From assembly GCF_006345805.1 (NCBI RefSeq), contig NC_043008.1, positions 31,372,001 to 31,436,000 on the forward strand: DNA of 64,000 bases. The letters run 5' to 3'. A program made the position numbers and the translations under genes. The notes under the pieces were generated by a model, which was given only the letters and a program-made list of their open reading frames with translations, was not told where the DNA came from and made no database searches. This DNA is from Octopus sinensis. Taxonomy: Eukaryota. The first letter of the stretch is position 1, and the number at the start of each line of letters is the position of its first letter. Below, piece by piece: positions 35,800 to 50,064 of the stretch.

Positions 35800-37236
35800 T
35801 GGCCCAGGAGTGTCAACTAAAATACTCTTAATATAGGGGATGCAGCTAAAACAGTCTCTTAGGCTGTGTCTGTTTATGTGTTTTTCTTCCAGCGAGGATT
35901 TGTTTGAGTGTTTTGGGCTGTCTTTTATTTTTGATGATTTGGTATGTTTCCAGAATTTTTTTTTTTCATTTATTCCTCTTCAAGTAGAATGGGGAGGTTT
36001 TTGTGGATCAGGTCAACTATTTCAGTGTTTCTGGAATTGAAGGTTAACACATATGGTGAAATACTTTTCTTTGTTTTGATCTTCGCTTTCCTTAGTTCCT
36101 GTATATCAATATGTTTTTCCCTGTCTATTCCATTGGTGATTAAGCCTAGTGGGAATCCTCTTTGGATGAGTATGTTTCTAAGTTCTTCTTGTCTTTGTTC
36201 ACGCTTAGAGGGCTCTGACATTAGTGTTCAAATTCGTATTGTTAAGTTAAAGGGAATATTCAGTTTGTTTACGATGGCATGATGTGAATAGGAGGTACTG
36301 TTTGGAGTCCGTGAGTTAATAGAATACTCCCGTTTCTATTTTCCCGTTCTTGTTGGTGATTAAAATATCCAGGAGGGCAAGTTCTTTGGTGTTAAACTCA
36401 ATTGTATATTGAATGTTGTATAAGTTGTTCAGCAAATTTTTGAATCTTGTGAGAGTATCCAGGTTTTCCTGCCATAAGATAAAGCAATCATCCAGGTACC
36501 GATTCCAATTATTTTTTAGCTGTGTATGGAATGTGTCTCTGAAGAAAAGACGGAATTGGCTGTGACTATTTAGTTCAGGGAATCCATGACTAAATTGTCA
36601 TATGTAGGGGCTACGTTCGTTCCCATTGCAGTTCCTGAAATTTGTTAGTTTGCTGAACCAATGAAGGTAAAGTGTTTGTTTTGGAAGATGAATTTTAACC
36701 TGTCAGTGATGAAGTCTTTTTCAGTGTATGTGGGCAGCTCAGATTAGTGTGTGTCTAGCCAGCATTTGATTACAGTTATTCCATAGTTATAGGGTATATT
36801 AGTGTGTAGGTTATTAACATCGAAGGCAACAAAGTCTGTGTGTTCATTTGCCGATTTTGGTAGATGATTTAGTATGTTCAGGTCATCTCGTATGTAGCTC
36901 TGCCTGTGTTTTAAGAAAGGTTTTAGAATAATGTCCAAGAAGTTACTAAATCTGTGGGTTTCACATGCAGATCCTGCTATGATCAGTCTAAACTTTAAGT
37001 CATCTGGAGGCGTGAGTTGTATGTATTTGCTTGTTGAGTCTTTACAAACATCACCTATAAATTTGCATCTGTGGATTTTCAGTAAGCTCTAGAAAATGCT
37101 TGTTTTGCATTTGAAGTGGCTTATGTACTCAATTTCCTTGTTAGTTAGGCTTTTTTGATACTTCTTTAGAAAAGTTCGGAGGTTGTCCATTATTTTTGTT
37201 TCTTTGAAGCTGGTTATATTTTCGTAATATCCTTTA
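35800..37236 (-). mobile_element. Penelope-like element reverse transcriptase, decayed
   Basis: FRLIIAGSACETHR, FDVNNLHTNIP, GTAMGTNVAPTY, RYLDDCFILW, LALLDIL, RGFPLGLI; stops and frameshifts. Confidence 0.85.
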
Positions 37237-37760
37237 CTTACATGATATGACCATCTCAGAGTAATTTTTATAACTTTTTCCTGAATGTTATTATTTTTAG
37301 GGTTTCTTCAAGGTATTTGTTGCATACTCATGAAGCCCCGTTATATGGTGCATCATTTTTTTTATAATTCACCACTGGATTGTGTATTCTACTCCATTCT
37401 GTTTTAGCCTGTGGTCGAGGTTCAACAGAGATGTAGAGTGTCTTTTAATTATGTTGGAAAACGTCTAAGAAACCATCTCTCATCGTTTCCCAATATAAAT
37501 AAAAGGGACTCTACATCTCTGTCGAACCTCGTCCACAAGCTAAAACAGAATGGAGTAGAATACACAATCCACTGGTTCATTATAAAAAATGCTTCATTAT
37601 ATAAGGGGGTCTTCACGTGTATGTAACATATGCCTTGAAGAAACCTTGAAAATAGTAACCTCTAGGGAAAACGTGATAAATAGACTGTCTGAGATGGTCA
37701 TATCTTGTAAGCATAGAAACAAAATTTCACTCATGGGATTAGAAAAAATATTTTGAAAAC
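37237..37760. mobile_element. Penelope-like GIY-YIG C-terminal fragment present as an inverted duplication
   Basis: Plus strand RLRNHLSSF...STSLSNLVHKLK...YTIHWFI...CNICLEE. 37237-37463 is the reverse complement of 37484-37711. Confidence 0.75.
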
Positions 37761-38889
37761 AAGTAACAAATTAAAATACCAATGCTTAAGATGATACATA
37801 CTATAACAACAGAACTAGTGAAAAATTCACCCTAAGAGGGGTATTAATCAATTTGGTCAACGAGCCCCAATGTATAGCAGCTGGTCACCTGTTGGCTTTA
37901 GAATTTATTGAGGAGAATCACGTCTTGAATGAAATAGAACAAAAATATGCACTACAAACCTTAGATCTGCTGAATGAATGACCATTCTTAAAATCTGCAG
38001 AATGAATAGCAAATAAATCCATCATCACCACCACACACATCTCCATATTACAACCATTCCTTCCTCTACTCACATCAGTTATACCAAGTACATACAGAAA
38101 TACCCAAAAAACACGGACGGGACATTCGAAGCCTTCAATCTTCAGTCAAGAACCGGATCATCCTCGCAATTTCGGCTGATTAATCTTGAGATTGCTCCGA
38201 TCTGGCCAGCCCCAAAGGAAAATCTAAGCCAAGCGCATTAGATTCCTTCGAAGAAAGCCTCGAATGTATACAAAACAAGGACGGAAAAACGGACGATGTT
38301 ACACGAATAAGAATACAAAAATACGTAAAAACAATAATGATAATGATAATAACAAAAACAGGACGTCCGGCGCCCGTACCCTTTTGGTCTTATATGTAAG
38401 TACATATTTCTTTAAACTTGGTATGACTCTATAACACTGTCTCTCTCCCCCCTCTCCTACATTTCTCTGCCTTTCACACTTTACACTCCACTTTGATGAT
38501 CTGTTTCTTTCTCGCTCTCTCTCTCTCTTCTCCTCCTCCTTTGTTCCTTGTTCCCCTTTTTTCTCTGTCCCTCTTTTCCTCTCTCTTCTCACACGTGACT
38601 GACTGACCGATTACCGGCCTTTCGTGCTTAGCAGTCGTCGCGGCAAGACACATTTTTTTCTCTCTCTGCCCTAAGACATTTTTCTAACACGCCAGCTCAA
38701 AGTTTACTCGTCCTGTCGAAAGACTCCTGTCTGTGACGTCCTGTTTTTGTTATTATTATTATTATCATTATTGTTTTTACGTATTTTTGTATTCTTATTC
38801 GTGTAACATCGTCCATAATTATTTCAAAATATACATATTTTGAAATAATTATAAGAAAAAATATATCTTCATATTTATTGTTTACTAAT

Positions 38890-38922
38890 CTGAACTCGGG
38901 CAACGCCGGGTAATCCAGCTAG
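38890..38922 (+). mobile_element. Helitron 3' terminus (5' end not located)
   Basis: CTCGGGCAACGCCGGG-TAATCCAG-CTAG-T, the same pattern as 12788-12815. Confidence 0.6.
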
Positions 38923-39463
38923 TGTTTTGATATAATTCATTGGAAAAAAATTAGTTATTGTCATTTAATAAAATTACGAACACTAATGATTTTTCAATGA
39001 ATTAACGGAAAATGATCTTCATATTTATAATTAAATATTGCGTATGGCTTAGTAGTTAGGGTGTTGGACTCGTGATCACAATGTTGTATGCTCTATTCCC
39101 GTACAGGCAGTACGTTGTATCCTTGACCAAGAAACTTCACTTCACGTATCTGAAATGGTGTACCAGCTGAGTACTGCTGCATCTGTCACTCGCTACAGTT
39201 TACAAATATTGGATGTACCGCTGGCTCAAAGGGTAGCAAACAGGAGCGGATGTCTGTGTCTTCTCACCATTATATACGCACCTCAGACAGTTACGAAAAC
39301 ATAGTACGCATTACCTAGGCATACTCATTCGCTTACAACGGTTGGTTTTTCTACACGCCCAGACAGACATACAGACATACAGACATACGCGCGTGCACAC
39401 TATGTAGTTGTCTGTGCGTTGCATGTATGTGTTGGTATATTTGTATGTGTGTATGTATGTATG

Positions 39464-39496
<33 letters not shown>

Positions 39497-41879
39497 ATAC
39501 ATATACATATATATTCACATACATGTATGTATATACATATACATATATATATTCACATACATATGCATATACATACACATATTTATATATATGTATATAT
39601 ATGTATGTAAGTACATATATATATATATATATATATATACGCATACACACGATGTATATATGTATATATATATATACACAATCTTATGGAAATACATATT
39701 GTTACAGAAGCATACATAGGTGCATGCAGACATACAAACGTATATACATACATACATACATACATACATACATACATACATACATACATACATACATACA
39801 TACATACATACATACATACATACATACATACATACATACATACATACATACATACATACATACATACACTACTGAGATATGTAAAACTTATCTCTGTAGT
39901 AGTGATAAGTAGCTTTGAAATTTGCGGGTCTTTAGGCCATCATTAAAACAACACTATTGTCTTTGTCCTCTCTTTCTTTTGTTACTGGGTGATCAAATGA
40001 AAGTAGGTAACTACTTCCATCTGCATTGTACCTAACAACCAGTATCTTTTATTAGCTGTAAATGACTTGACGCAGTGCGCTGACAGAATCGTTAGCGCGC
40101 AGGACAACATTTTTAGCGGCATTTCGTCTGTCTCTACGTTCTAAGTTCAAATTCCTCTGTGGTCGATCTTGCCTTTCATCCGTCTCGGGGTTGATAAAAT
40201 ATGTAACAGTTGAATACTGGAGTTTGATATAATTGACTGTTCCCCTTCCCACCACAAATTTCAGGCCAATAGTAGAAAGGATTATCTGGAAATGATTCGA
40301 AAGCGTCGAGCAGGCAGAATCGTTCGCACGCCGGACAAAAAACTTAGCAGCATTTCTTCCGGTTTTACGTTCTGAGATTATATTCCACCAAGATTGGCTT
40401 TGCCTTTCATCCTTTCGGGAGTCGATAAAATAAGTACCAGTTGAGTGCTGGGGCCGATATAATCGACTAGCCGCAAGCCTCAATATTTCAGGCCTTGTAT
40501 CTTTCTTTTGTTACTGGTGTTTTTGCTCAATAAACGCATACAACGCCCGGTCTGGGAATCGAAACCGCGATCCTCCGACCGCGAGTCCGCTGCCCTAACC
40601 ACCGGGCCATTGCGCTTCCACGTAGATTTTCCATAGCCACCTGAATCCTGATCCTACAGTTCAATGACCAAAAGGATGCCAATCATAACCATTCTTTAGC
40701 AGCCACCTGTACTTATATTGGATAGTCTGGCCCTTTCACATTTATCATAGTATCGTATCATTTAAAAAGAGATTCAGCTGCAATTTCTAACAGAGAAAAG
40801 CGAAAATGCATATCAAGGTAACCTTTTTCAGTAAGCAAAGATAAAGTATTGGTAGATAAGACAAGACTCCTTTGTGGTGCTTATATTCTAAGAAATATAA
40901 TTAATCTTACCTCAGCATTGCAACATATATTTTGCTCTGAAGTTTTAAACATTTTTTCTTCAGATGTTTTCATTGAGATTTCAAATAATTTCAAGTTAGA
41001 ATGCGAGGAGTTCTCCACCCAAATCATAAGAACTCCCGGCCTTTTATTTTCCCTTTCAAGGTATTTTAAACATTCTTCTGTTTCTTAAGAAGTTTAGAGT
41101 TTTCTGAATTTATCCCAATTCCCGCGACAGCCCACATTAATCAGGATCTCAGCGCTCTACACAGCCTTTAATCTTGTTTTTCATCTATTTCCTTAAGATT
41201 CTCATCTTAAGAGGTTAGGATATTCGTTTCACGATCGTATGGTCATGAGTTCGATACCCAACAGTACGCTGTGTCTTTGAGCAAGATGCATTATTTCACG
41301 TTGCTCTAGTACACTCAGCTGGCAAAAATGAGTAGTACCTGTGATTCAAATGACAAGTCTTGTGTCACATTCTGAGTCGCGCTGAATCTCCCTGAGAACG
41401 ACGTTAAGGGTTACGAGTGTCTGTGGCGTGCTCAGCCCCATATGCCTGTTAATTTCACGTGCAGGCTCTTCCGTTGTTCGGCACAACTAGAACACTCGTC
41501 ATAATCAACGGAGTGCCAGTTTATTTTATCTTATTTTTTTTTTTTTTACGATCCCCATTCTTAAAAATTACTCTTTGATAGATATACATGATGTTAATTT
41601 ACATAAAAACCATCAATTCAATAACTCAAAATATTTCTTATTTGAATGGAATGTGTCATTGGTATTGTTATGTTATTACAACCTCGAAATACGAGATGCG
41701 TTCATAAAGTATCCGACCTTTGGGAATAATAAAAGATTTGCACATTTCACAAATTTTATTAAATCACCTCCAAAATACTTCAAATGTTGGCAAAAGGCCA
41801 GTTATTCCGCGGAGGAGGGGTGGATAAGTCGATTACATCGATCTCAGTGTACAACTAGTACATATTTTATCGATACCGA

Positions 41880-44265
41880 AAGGATTTCACGAAGTGGGGA
41901 CAGACACAACTGTCTCCGCTGCAGGATCGAAGTGACCACAAAACAAATCAGATATTAATACTTTTTAATTTCGTCAGACGCCTTTTCTGACCAATTCTAT
42001 TTCATATCTTTTTTCGGCAAATCATTCAGTGGAGCCCTAACCTCTTGCATATTTGGGATGTAATTTTAGTAATAATTTGCAAGACCTAAAAATGCTTGTA
42101 AATGAGTCGGAGGAAGTATATTTTTAATTGCGTCTGCCCTCGACGGGTGAGGTCGTCGTCCATTTCTCTCAATGTCTTGTCCAAAATATCTTATTTCCGG
42201 TAAGAAAAATACACACTTTTCTTCATTCAAGGTAAAGCCGTAATCCTTAATTTTCTCAAATATACATTTTACGTGCTCGACATGTTGATCTCTGGTTTCG
42301 CTTTTAATGAGTATATCATCCAGATATGGAACTGTGAATTCAAAATCTACTAACATCTGCTGAAAAATTGCTGGTGCGACTTTTAAACCAAATGGTAACC
42401 TGGTGTACTTATACAGTCCTTTGTGCGTGTTAACTGCTGGGTATTTCGAGCATTCATCGTCTACTCTAATTTGAGATCCAGTTTATAAAATCTCTTTCTA
42501 CCATTCAATTTCGCAAAAATATCCTCTGGAGTATGTAGCGGATAGTAGGACGTTTTAAGACATTCATTTAACCCAGTGGAGAAATCACTGCATACTCTGA
42601 TTTTATTATTCTTTCTCTTAATATACACAATTGGTACTGCCCAATTAGGATACTTCACTTTTTGGATAACTCCAATTTTTTCTAGTCTCTCTAGTTCTTC
42701 ACTAACTTGCTTCATCGCTGCGAAGGGTACCATTCGTTTACTGATATAGTTTTTTTTTCATTTGAAAACACCCTTTCTCTTGGTACACATACTTGATTTA
42801 TCTTACAGAACTTCAGGAAAAGTATTTTTTACTTTTTCTTTCAATTCATCTGACGACTTGTTTCTTCTGGGGAAGAAACCATTTATATTTTTACAGAACA
42901 GATTTATGGGGAGGTCGAATAATTTAAACAATTCCATCTAGTTAGTACCGAACAAATTTGTTGCACTATTTAAAACAAAAACTTTTGCTTCCAAGATTTT
43001 ACCCCGAAATGTAAACCCAGTTATCATTTCGCCCAAAAAGTGTAATTTTTTTCCTGAAACACCTTTCGCAATTCTTAAAATTTCCATTAATGTAAGCTTT
43101 CCTACTTTTTTTCCATGTGTCAGTGTAAATAATTGTAATATCATTGCCTGTATCTAAATGTAGCTTCACGTTCACATTATCAATTTTTATGTACACAAAC
43201 TTTCTTTTGTGAGCCTCGCCAAGACTTTCTGTTGAGAAAACCTTTCCAGAATTCTTTTCGTTCGACCATTTTTTTACTCTGCTTTTACGTCCGATTTTTC
43301 GGTAGTTAAAACATTAAAATTTTTTAAAATGTAGACCTCCGCACTCTTAGCATAGATTGGGTCATGATCTTCGTTTTCCTTTTTCCTTAATCGTTACAGG
43401 TCGTCACGCATGTATGTGAGAGTAATCCTTTTCTTGAAAAAACTATTTGCGTCATGTCGTAGACTAATAATTCTCAGTCATTCCTCTCCCACTGCCTGCA
43501 GAATCAAATTCTGGTCCTGTTCTAATTTTGTCAATATCTGGGCACGTATCTCTGCATCTTTGTTTGCAGTTAACCCTTGAACAAAAATGAGACATTTGAA
43601 CATGTCCGGGGTTACTTCTTTTAGTATGAATTTTTCACATTATCGATTGACGACTCCTGCATAGGTGACGAAAGCTTCATCATCTTTTTTTTTTTTTTTT
43701 CACTAAATTTAAACAATCCTAGTGAGTCTTGAAATGGGAATTTCTCTCACTGAAAATTTTCGATAACAATTTAATTGTTTCATCGAAACAAATTTCACAT
43801 TATTTTTCGTGTTCGACAAGGGATAATTTTCTTAAAAGTAGACGTACCTTTTCATTATCCGTCCGATTTTTGCATTCCTCTTTGAAGATTTCTTCATATC
43901 TTCGGAAATATGCGGTAAAAGTAACACCATCTTCTAATTTTACTTTGATTTTTGATCAAAAGAAAATGTTAACGTCCGACGTAAGTTTGGAGTAAACTCG
44001 TCGCCACTTTTATATCCTTCTATACGTTGGATATACAGATTTCACGAAGCGGGGATAGACACGACTGTCTTTACACGATGTACTTCAAATTACTCCACAA
44101 AACACGATACTCAAATAAATACAAACTTTCAACGATCTCAACACCTTCCTACGATTTGCACGGACTCTCAACGACTCCTACGACTCAACCAATACGCTAC
44201 TCTTCATAAGAGTTCGGCGAGTCCATTCTTCCAATCCCACATGGGTATCAATGACTGTCGCTACA
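41880..44265 (-). mobile_element. Truncated Gypsy LTR retrotransposon (5' LTR, PBS, gag, protease, RT)
   Basis: LTR about 44010-44265 starting TGTAGCGAC, PBS TGGCGACGAG at 43997-44006, protease LHLDTG, RT WAVPIV/IRVCSDF/YLDDILI/FLGLANYY. No integrase. A short LTR-like fragment lies at about 41884-41925. Confidence 0.88.
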
Positions 44266-45770
44266 TCTTAACTATAGGCACAAGGCCTAAAATTTGGTGG
44301 GAAGGGACTAGTCAATTACATTGATCCCAGTGTTTCGTTGGCACTTAATTTATCGACCCCGAATGGATGAAATGCAAAGTCGACCCCGGCGGAATTTGAA
44401 CTCAGAAAGTAAAGACGGACGAAATGCCGCTAAGCATTTTGCCCAGCGTGTTAACTATTCTATATAACAACAGCAACAATAACAATAATAACATTAATAA
44501 TAACAATAGCAACAACAACACTAACAAGAAAGTCTATTATATCTTTATTACACCACATCTGTGGTTCTGAACCTCGTATTGCGTAACCAATGCCTCACAT
44601 CATATCACAGTTGTAATTTACGCCTACCACCATCCCAGATTTCCAGATTTTGGTAAAAACATATGGGATGGTATCCACTTTGTCAAAAATTTAATGCTTC
44701 GGTTCCATGAACTTACGGAAACTGGATTACAGATGTAATTAAAGATACGGAAACCGGATTACAGATGTAATTAAAGATAGCAGGAATAAACACGAAAAAA
44801 AAAAAAACCTAGCATATATCGAAAGAGATAAATATTAGAAAACAACAATGCTATTATAATGATTTTGGGAATACTCTTATACCAATTTTTCAATGTCAGA
44901 CATAAGGCTTTCAAAAATCTCACTTGATCCTCTTCAAAATGTGAGAACGTCAAATAACGTAGTTCTTGTTTACGATATGATTGAGAAAGGATGAAACAGT
45001 TATGATTTGAATATCTTTAATTATAGTTCTACTCAATCGGAGCTAAGCTAATATTCATGCTATTACATTCGAGGGAATGCAGATAGTTGATCAGAGTATA
45101 AATACTGCTGTAAGATTGAGATAAGCATCTCGTATCCAATACGGTAGAAATGAGCAACATTTTTCAACAAATATTTCTAGAGTTACCATCCTTTAAAACT
45201 TATGTAAATCAGAGTTATGTCCCCTGAATACACATTCCGCGAACTCTTATTACAGCTGTTCTCGAATGGAATGTCTCTAAGAATTAGTAGTTCGCAAGAT
45301 TTTAGGTGTTCTGTGTATTTTAATTATAAAATTTTAGGCATTAGAGCATCCATAATGATGCTTGAGTGGCTCGAAAATGGTGATCTTAATGATTTTGTTA
45401 TGCACATTTTAATTAATCTAAGAATATGATAGTTTTCCCGATATTTTTTCTAAATGTTTCAGTTTTATAACAGTTTTCCTTTTTAAACTTTCAATATAAA
45501 GTGAGTTAATGAGTTTTTATTTCATCTCCAGGGGGCATGTACGCCCCCATCCCACAAATATATGTTGGTGTGCGTATATAGGTATATATGAATTTATGTA
45601 TGTATGTATGTATGTATGTATGTATGTATGTATGTATGTATGTATGTATGTACGTATGTATGTATGTGGGTAAGGGGGTATGTCTTTCTCTCACACACAC
45701 TCTCTCTCTCTCTCTTGCTCTCTTGACATGCATAAATACATATATATACATATGCATATGTATATATATG

Positions 45771-45818
<48 letters not shown>

Positions 45819-45880
45819 TATATATATGCATATATATATATGCATATATATATATATGCATATATATATGCATATATATA

Positions 45881-45922
<42 letters not shown>

Positions 45923-46053
45923 TATATATATATGCATATATATATATATATGCATATATATATATATATATATGTATATATAATATATATGCATATATAT
46001 ATATATATAAATATGTATACATATATATATATATATATTATATATATATATGC

Positions 46054-46084
<31 letters not shown>

Positions 46085-46092
46085 ATATATAT

Positions 46093-46167
<75 letters not shown>

Positions 46168-46506
46168 TAACATATAATTGCCAACCAAGTGTGATGTCCT
46201 ATACAGGAAGCCTCTTCCAGCTGGCTAACGGCACGCATTCTGTGTCCGATTACTATTTGCGAGGGGAGGTCATCACTCCCATCTCTAGCCTTCAGTGATA
46301 CACAAGGACTCGAGTTTCTAAATAGTTACCGGTCCTCAGCGTGTGTGAATCACCAGCTCGTGATGAAAACTCATTCCACTTGCAAAATACTATTTGCTTT
46401 TTCCAGCGACAAACTTTTGCTGATCTCTACGCCACATTCGGTTGGTAATTATGTTACGATTACGTATTGCTACTGTTTATATCTCGCTCGGAGATTTAAT
46501 ATAGCT

Positions 46507-46597
<91 letters not shown>

Positions 46598-46600
<3 letters not shown>

Positions 46601-47100
46601 TAGTGAGCAAAAAAAGAGAACGATTAATATTCTTTTTAAATGTTGGAAAAGCTAGTGAACGTATAAATTCGTAATTGGTTTCGTAAACACTGTCAACTAT
46701 TAGCTAAATTCTCTGAAAAATCTAAGTTTGTACAATGGTCTTGATAAAAGTTAATAACACTAGCACTAGTTTCATCCAAATGTCTCATGTGCGAAATAAG
46801 TGAACGATTAGATTCCTTCAATGATTTCTGGAAATTTCAAACATTGTTTACATTTGCAGGCTCAACGTCACTATCGTCTCAGTATTGTGCTAGCTTCTGA
46901 ACATGCCACACCACGCTAAAGTTACTCCCAGACTCCGTAAAGAAATTGTCAGGATGAAAGTTTCAGGAATGACTCTCTCGGTTATTTCACGAGACGTAAG
47001 GAGATCAAAGAGCGTAGTTTCATGTTTTCTTAAGCTCTATGAAAAAATTAAAGGTAATTGGTAAACCACGCATAACCACCATGTGAGATAATCGAACCAC
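46598..47100 (+). mobile_element. 5' remnant of a Tc1-like transposon
   Basis: TA-CAGTAGTGAGCAAAA terminus, internal direct repeat (GAACGATTA at about 46618 and 46802), HTH-like LRKEIVRMKVSGMTLSVISRDVRRSKSVVS. Confidence 0.6.
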
Positions 47101-47390
47101 GAAACGGTACGTTGCCTGCAAAAAAAAAAAAGTCCTTATTCCATGTCCTCGCACTTCGTATTTTTTGTTGTGTATGTTTTGTGATGTCCTGTGGCCACAT
47201 ATGCATATGTATATGTAAGTATGTACGTATACGTATGTATAAATGCATATATATATATATACAACAACAATTGAGGAACGGCTTCAATAGGCCATTCGAC
47301 CCACTAGAAAGAGCAGCCAGGACTCCAACCGCAAATAGTAGTAATTCCGAAATTGTATATATATATATATATAATTTATATAATTTATAT

Positions 47391-47424
<34 letters not shown>

Positions 47425-47591
47425 CATATACATGTGTGTGTATCTATATGTGTGAAACAATTGTAGTATTATTCAATAAAGCGTCTTCATCAAAATATTC
47501 TCTCTTATTCATACATATGTGTGTGTGTGTGTGTTTGTTTGTTTGTGTGTGTGTGTGTGTGTGTATGTATGTGTGTGTGTGTGTGAGTGCG

Positions 47592-47624
<33 letters not shown>

Positions 47625-48606
47625 TATCTTTATGAGAATTAGCTGCTACTTCTAGTTGAGTGACCATGTACACAGTCTTCTGTCATTTGCTCGTAAAAGA
47701 AAATTACAAAATTTTTAAGTTTTAAGATATTACAGAAGCAAAACGAGCATATTAGACACACCCTGATGTCAGCAGCTCGGATTTAGGAGGCAATATGTTT
47801 GGTGCATTAAAGCTTATGGGGGAGGAGTACAAATGTGCATATGGGACTCGGTGTTATTTTAAGGAGAACAGTCCAACTTATGCGTCATCAAATACGGTTG
47901 GGAAATGAAATCTTTCCATAGGCATTCAAAATATCATTTCTTCTATGAGTCGTCAAGCATTCATGTTTATTGTATAATGCAATGAAAAAATCATTAGTCT
48001 TTGTTATTTTATAATCACTTTATTAACGGAAAATGATTTGCATATTTATAATTAAATATCGAAATATATCTAACTGAATGTAATGTTTTTGAAGAATCTG
48101 CAGCCATAGTATGGTAGAATGAAAAATATTTAAATGCCAATAAGACAAATACATACAAACCAGATTTAAGCGTATATATTTTAGATGTCAAATGCTGTAG
48201 AACAGTAATTGGCACACCGCGGACCTAGGGGCTTTTTGAATGACATCCATAACATAAAATTGTTTTCATTCTTCTAGTAGTGCGGTCCACTTGATGATGA
48301 TACGGTGTCTTATGTGGCTCATTTCTCGAAAAAGTTTGCCCGTGTCTGATCTATAAATTTCTTTATCTCAAGATTTGATTCTGAACAAATAATTAGAAAA
48401 TCACTGAGGCCATATAAAAAAACACTTTATCTTTTAATTAAATGTTTTTTATCTCTTCTTATATATTTTTTCTCTATATTTTTTCACTGTAAATTATTTT
48501 ATAATACATATTCATATATTTTCAGTTGTATCATTTAAAATTTCAACCTATTCACCCCACATCTGTCAATGATAAGGAAATTCCGTTAAAATATTAGAAT
48601 ATATAT

Positions 48607-49050
48607 TTATGGCCGGCGGTTGTCGCAATGTTTTCCTGTCCACTTTGTATAACACTTGCAGGTAAACATGTCCTTAATTTCCCTTTTCAGTAAATGCGAT
48701 TCAGTTGCGTTGTTCACAATATTAAGAAGGGTTTTCAACTCACGTCTGTCAAACTCATTCAACTTTAAGTCCTCAAATGTATTAAACTCCCCTTTAGAAT
48801 TACGCCAATATGTACTATCACCAATTGTCCCCCATGACTTCACACAGCGACCATTACCATTACATAGATGCTCACTGCAATATTGGAAAGTTTCGGTCAG
48901 TTTTTTAATAAAGGGTCCAAGGGTTGTGGTTACATAATTTTTCAATGTTTTGCAATGTTCTCGGTTTCTATAACTAAATGAACTGTCCCAGATAATCACG
49001 CCGGCGCTGCCTGTTGCAGCTGGTATTGTCATGGAAAGCAGTAATTCAGC
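48607..49050 (-). CDS. HYAL: Hyaluronidase B coding exon 5
   Basis: ttattctag|GCTGAATTA...; GVIIWDSS, CSEHLCNGNGRC...CKCYTKWTGKHC; ends DNRRP*. Confidence 0.92.
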   Translation of the reverse strand, partial: AELLLSMTIPAATGSAGVIIWDSSFSYRNREHCKTLKNYVTTTLGPFIKKLTETFQYCSEHLCNGNGRCVKSWGTIGDSTYWRNSKGEFNTFEDLKLNEFDRRELKTLLNIVNNATESHLLKREIKDMFTCKCYTKWTGKHCDNRRP

Positions 49051-49834
49051 CTAGAATAACAGAAAATAAATGATGCTATTAACAATAAATATAAATATTG
49101 AGAAAAAAAATTTAAATACTTCAATATCTATTCACATGTTTGCCATTCGACATATGTTGATTTTTTTCCTATGGTAATAATGGGGTAAAATGATGTAGCG
49201 GGCTGTAGAAGCTATGCAGAACGCTCACTCAGGGAAATTCTCTATAGATTGGGATCTAAATGGTTCGCAAAGAAGAGATCAATTCAGCCCGCGAACAGTG
49301 CTGCAGAGAAAACCAACACGTGGCTTTCAATTTAGAGTGCTGATCTATGAAATACTGCTATGCAAGTCGGACTCTGTTTGATCTCGACAGAGTCAAGCAA
49401 ATAAAAAAGTAAATAAGGTAGCAGACAAAAAAGATGGAAGAAGGAAAGATAGAAAGAAAAAGAATGAAATCGGGAAAACAAGATTAAATTGAAAGGCTCA
49501 ACGAACCTTGGTAAAAAGTACTTCAGGATGTTCATACCGAAATCTCACATAAGGAACCACAAACGTTTTATTTTTGAAACTAAATTTGTCATATATTCGG
49601 AATGTTTCATTTAAAGTGTTCACAACGAAATGGAAGTGTTTTAGCCAAGTGTCGTTTTTCGAGTGTAAATAGATTGATGGATATAATGCAGAGCTTAAAG
49701 AAAATAACCAGCCAAGTCTGAAAAAATATATAAAGACATGCGGAAAAATTAATTTCGAAACTGTTATAATTTTATATATATTTTTTTATATTAAGATTAT
49801 TTTATGATTATAGATAGATAGATCGATCGATCGT

Positions 49835-49899
<65 letters not shown>

Positions 49900-49979
49900 G
49901 ATAGATAGATAGATAGAAGATAGATAGATAGATAGATAGATAGTAGATAGATAGATAGATAGATAGTAGATAGATAGAT

Positions 49980-50064
<85 letters not shown>

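Noticed and set aside
39311-39946. Many ORFs rich in YI/CV/HT/MYVC (also at about 3.7, 15, 32.7, 45.5, 53, 57.4 and 61.3 kb)
   Set aside because: Translations of (AT)n, (GT)n and (ATGT)n microsatellites, not proteins.
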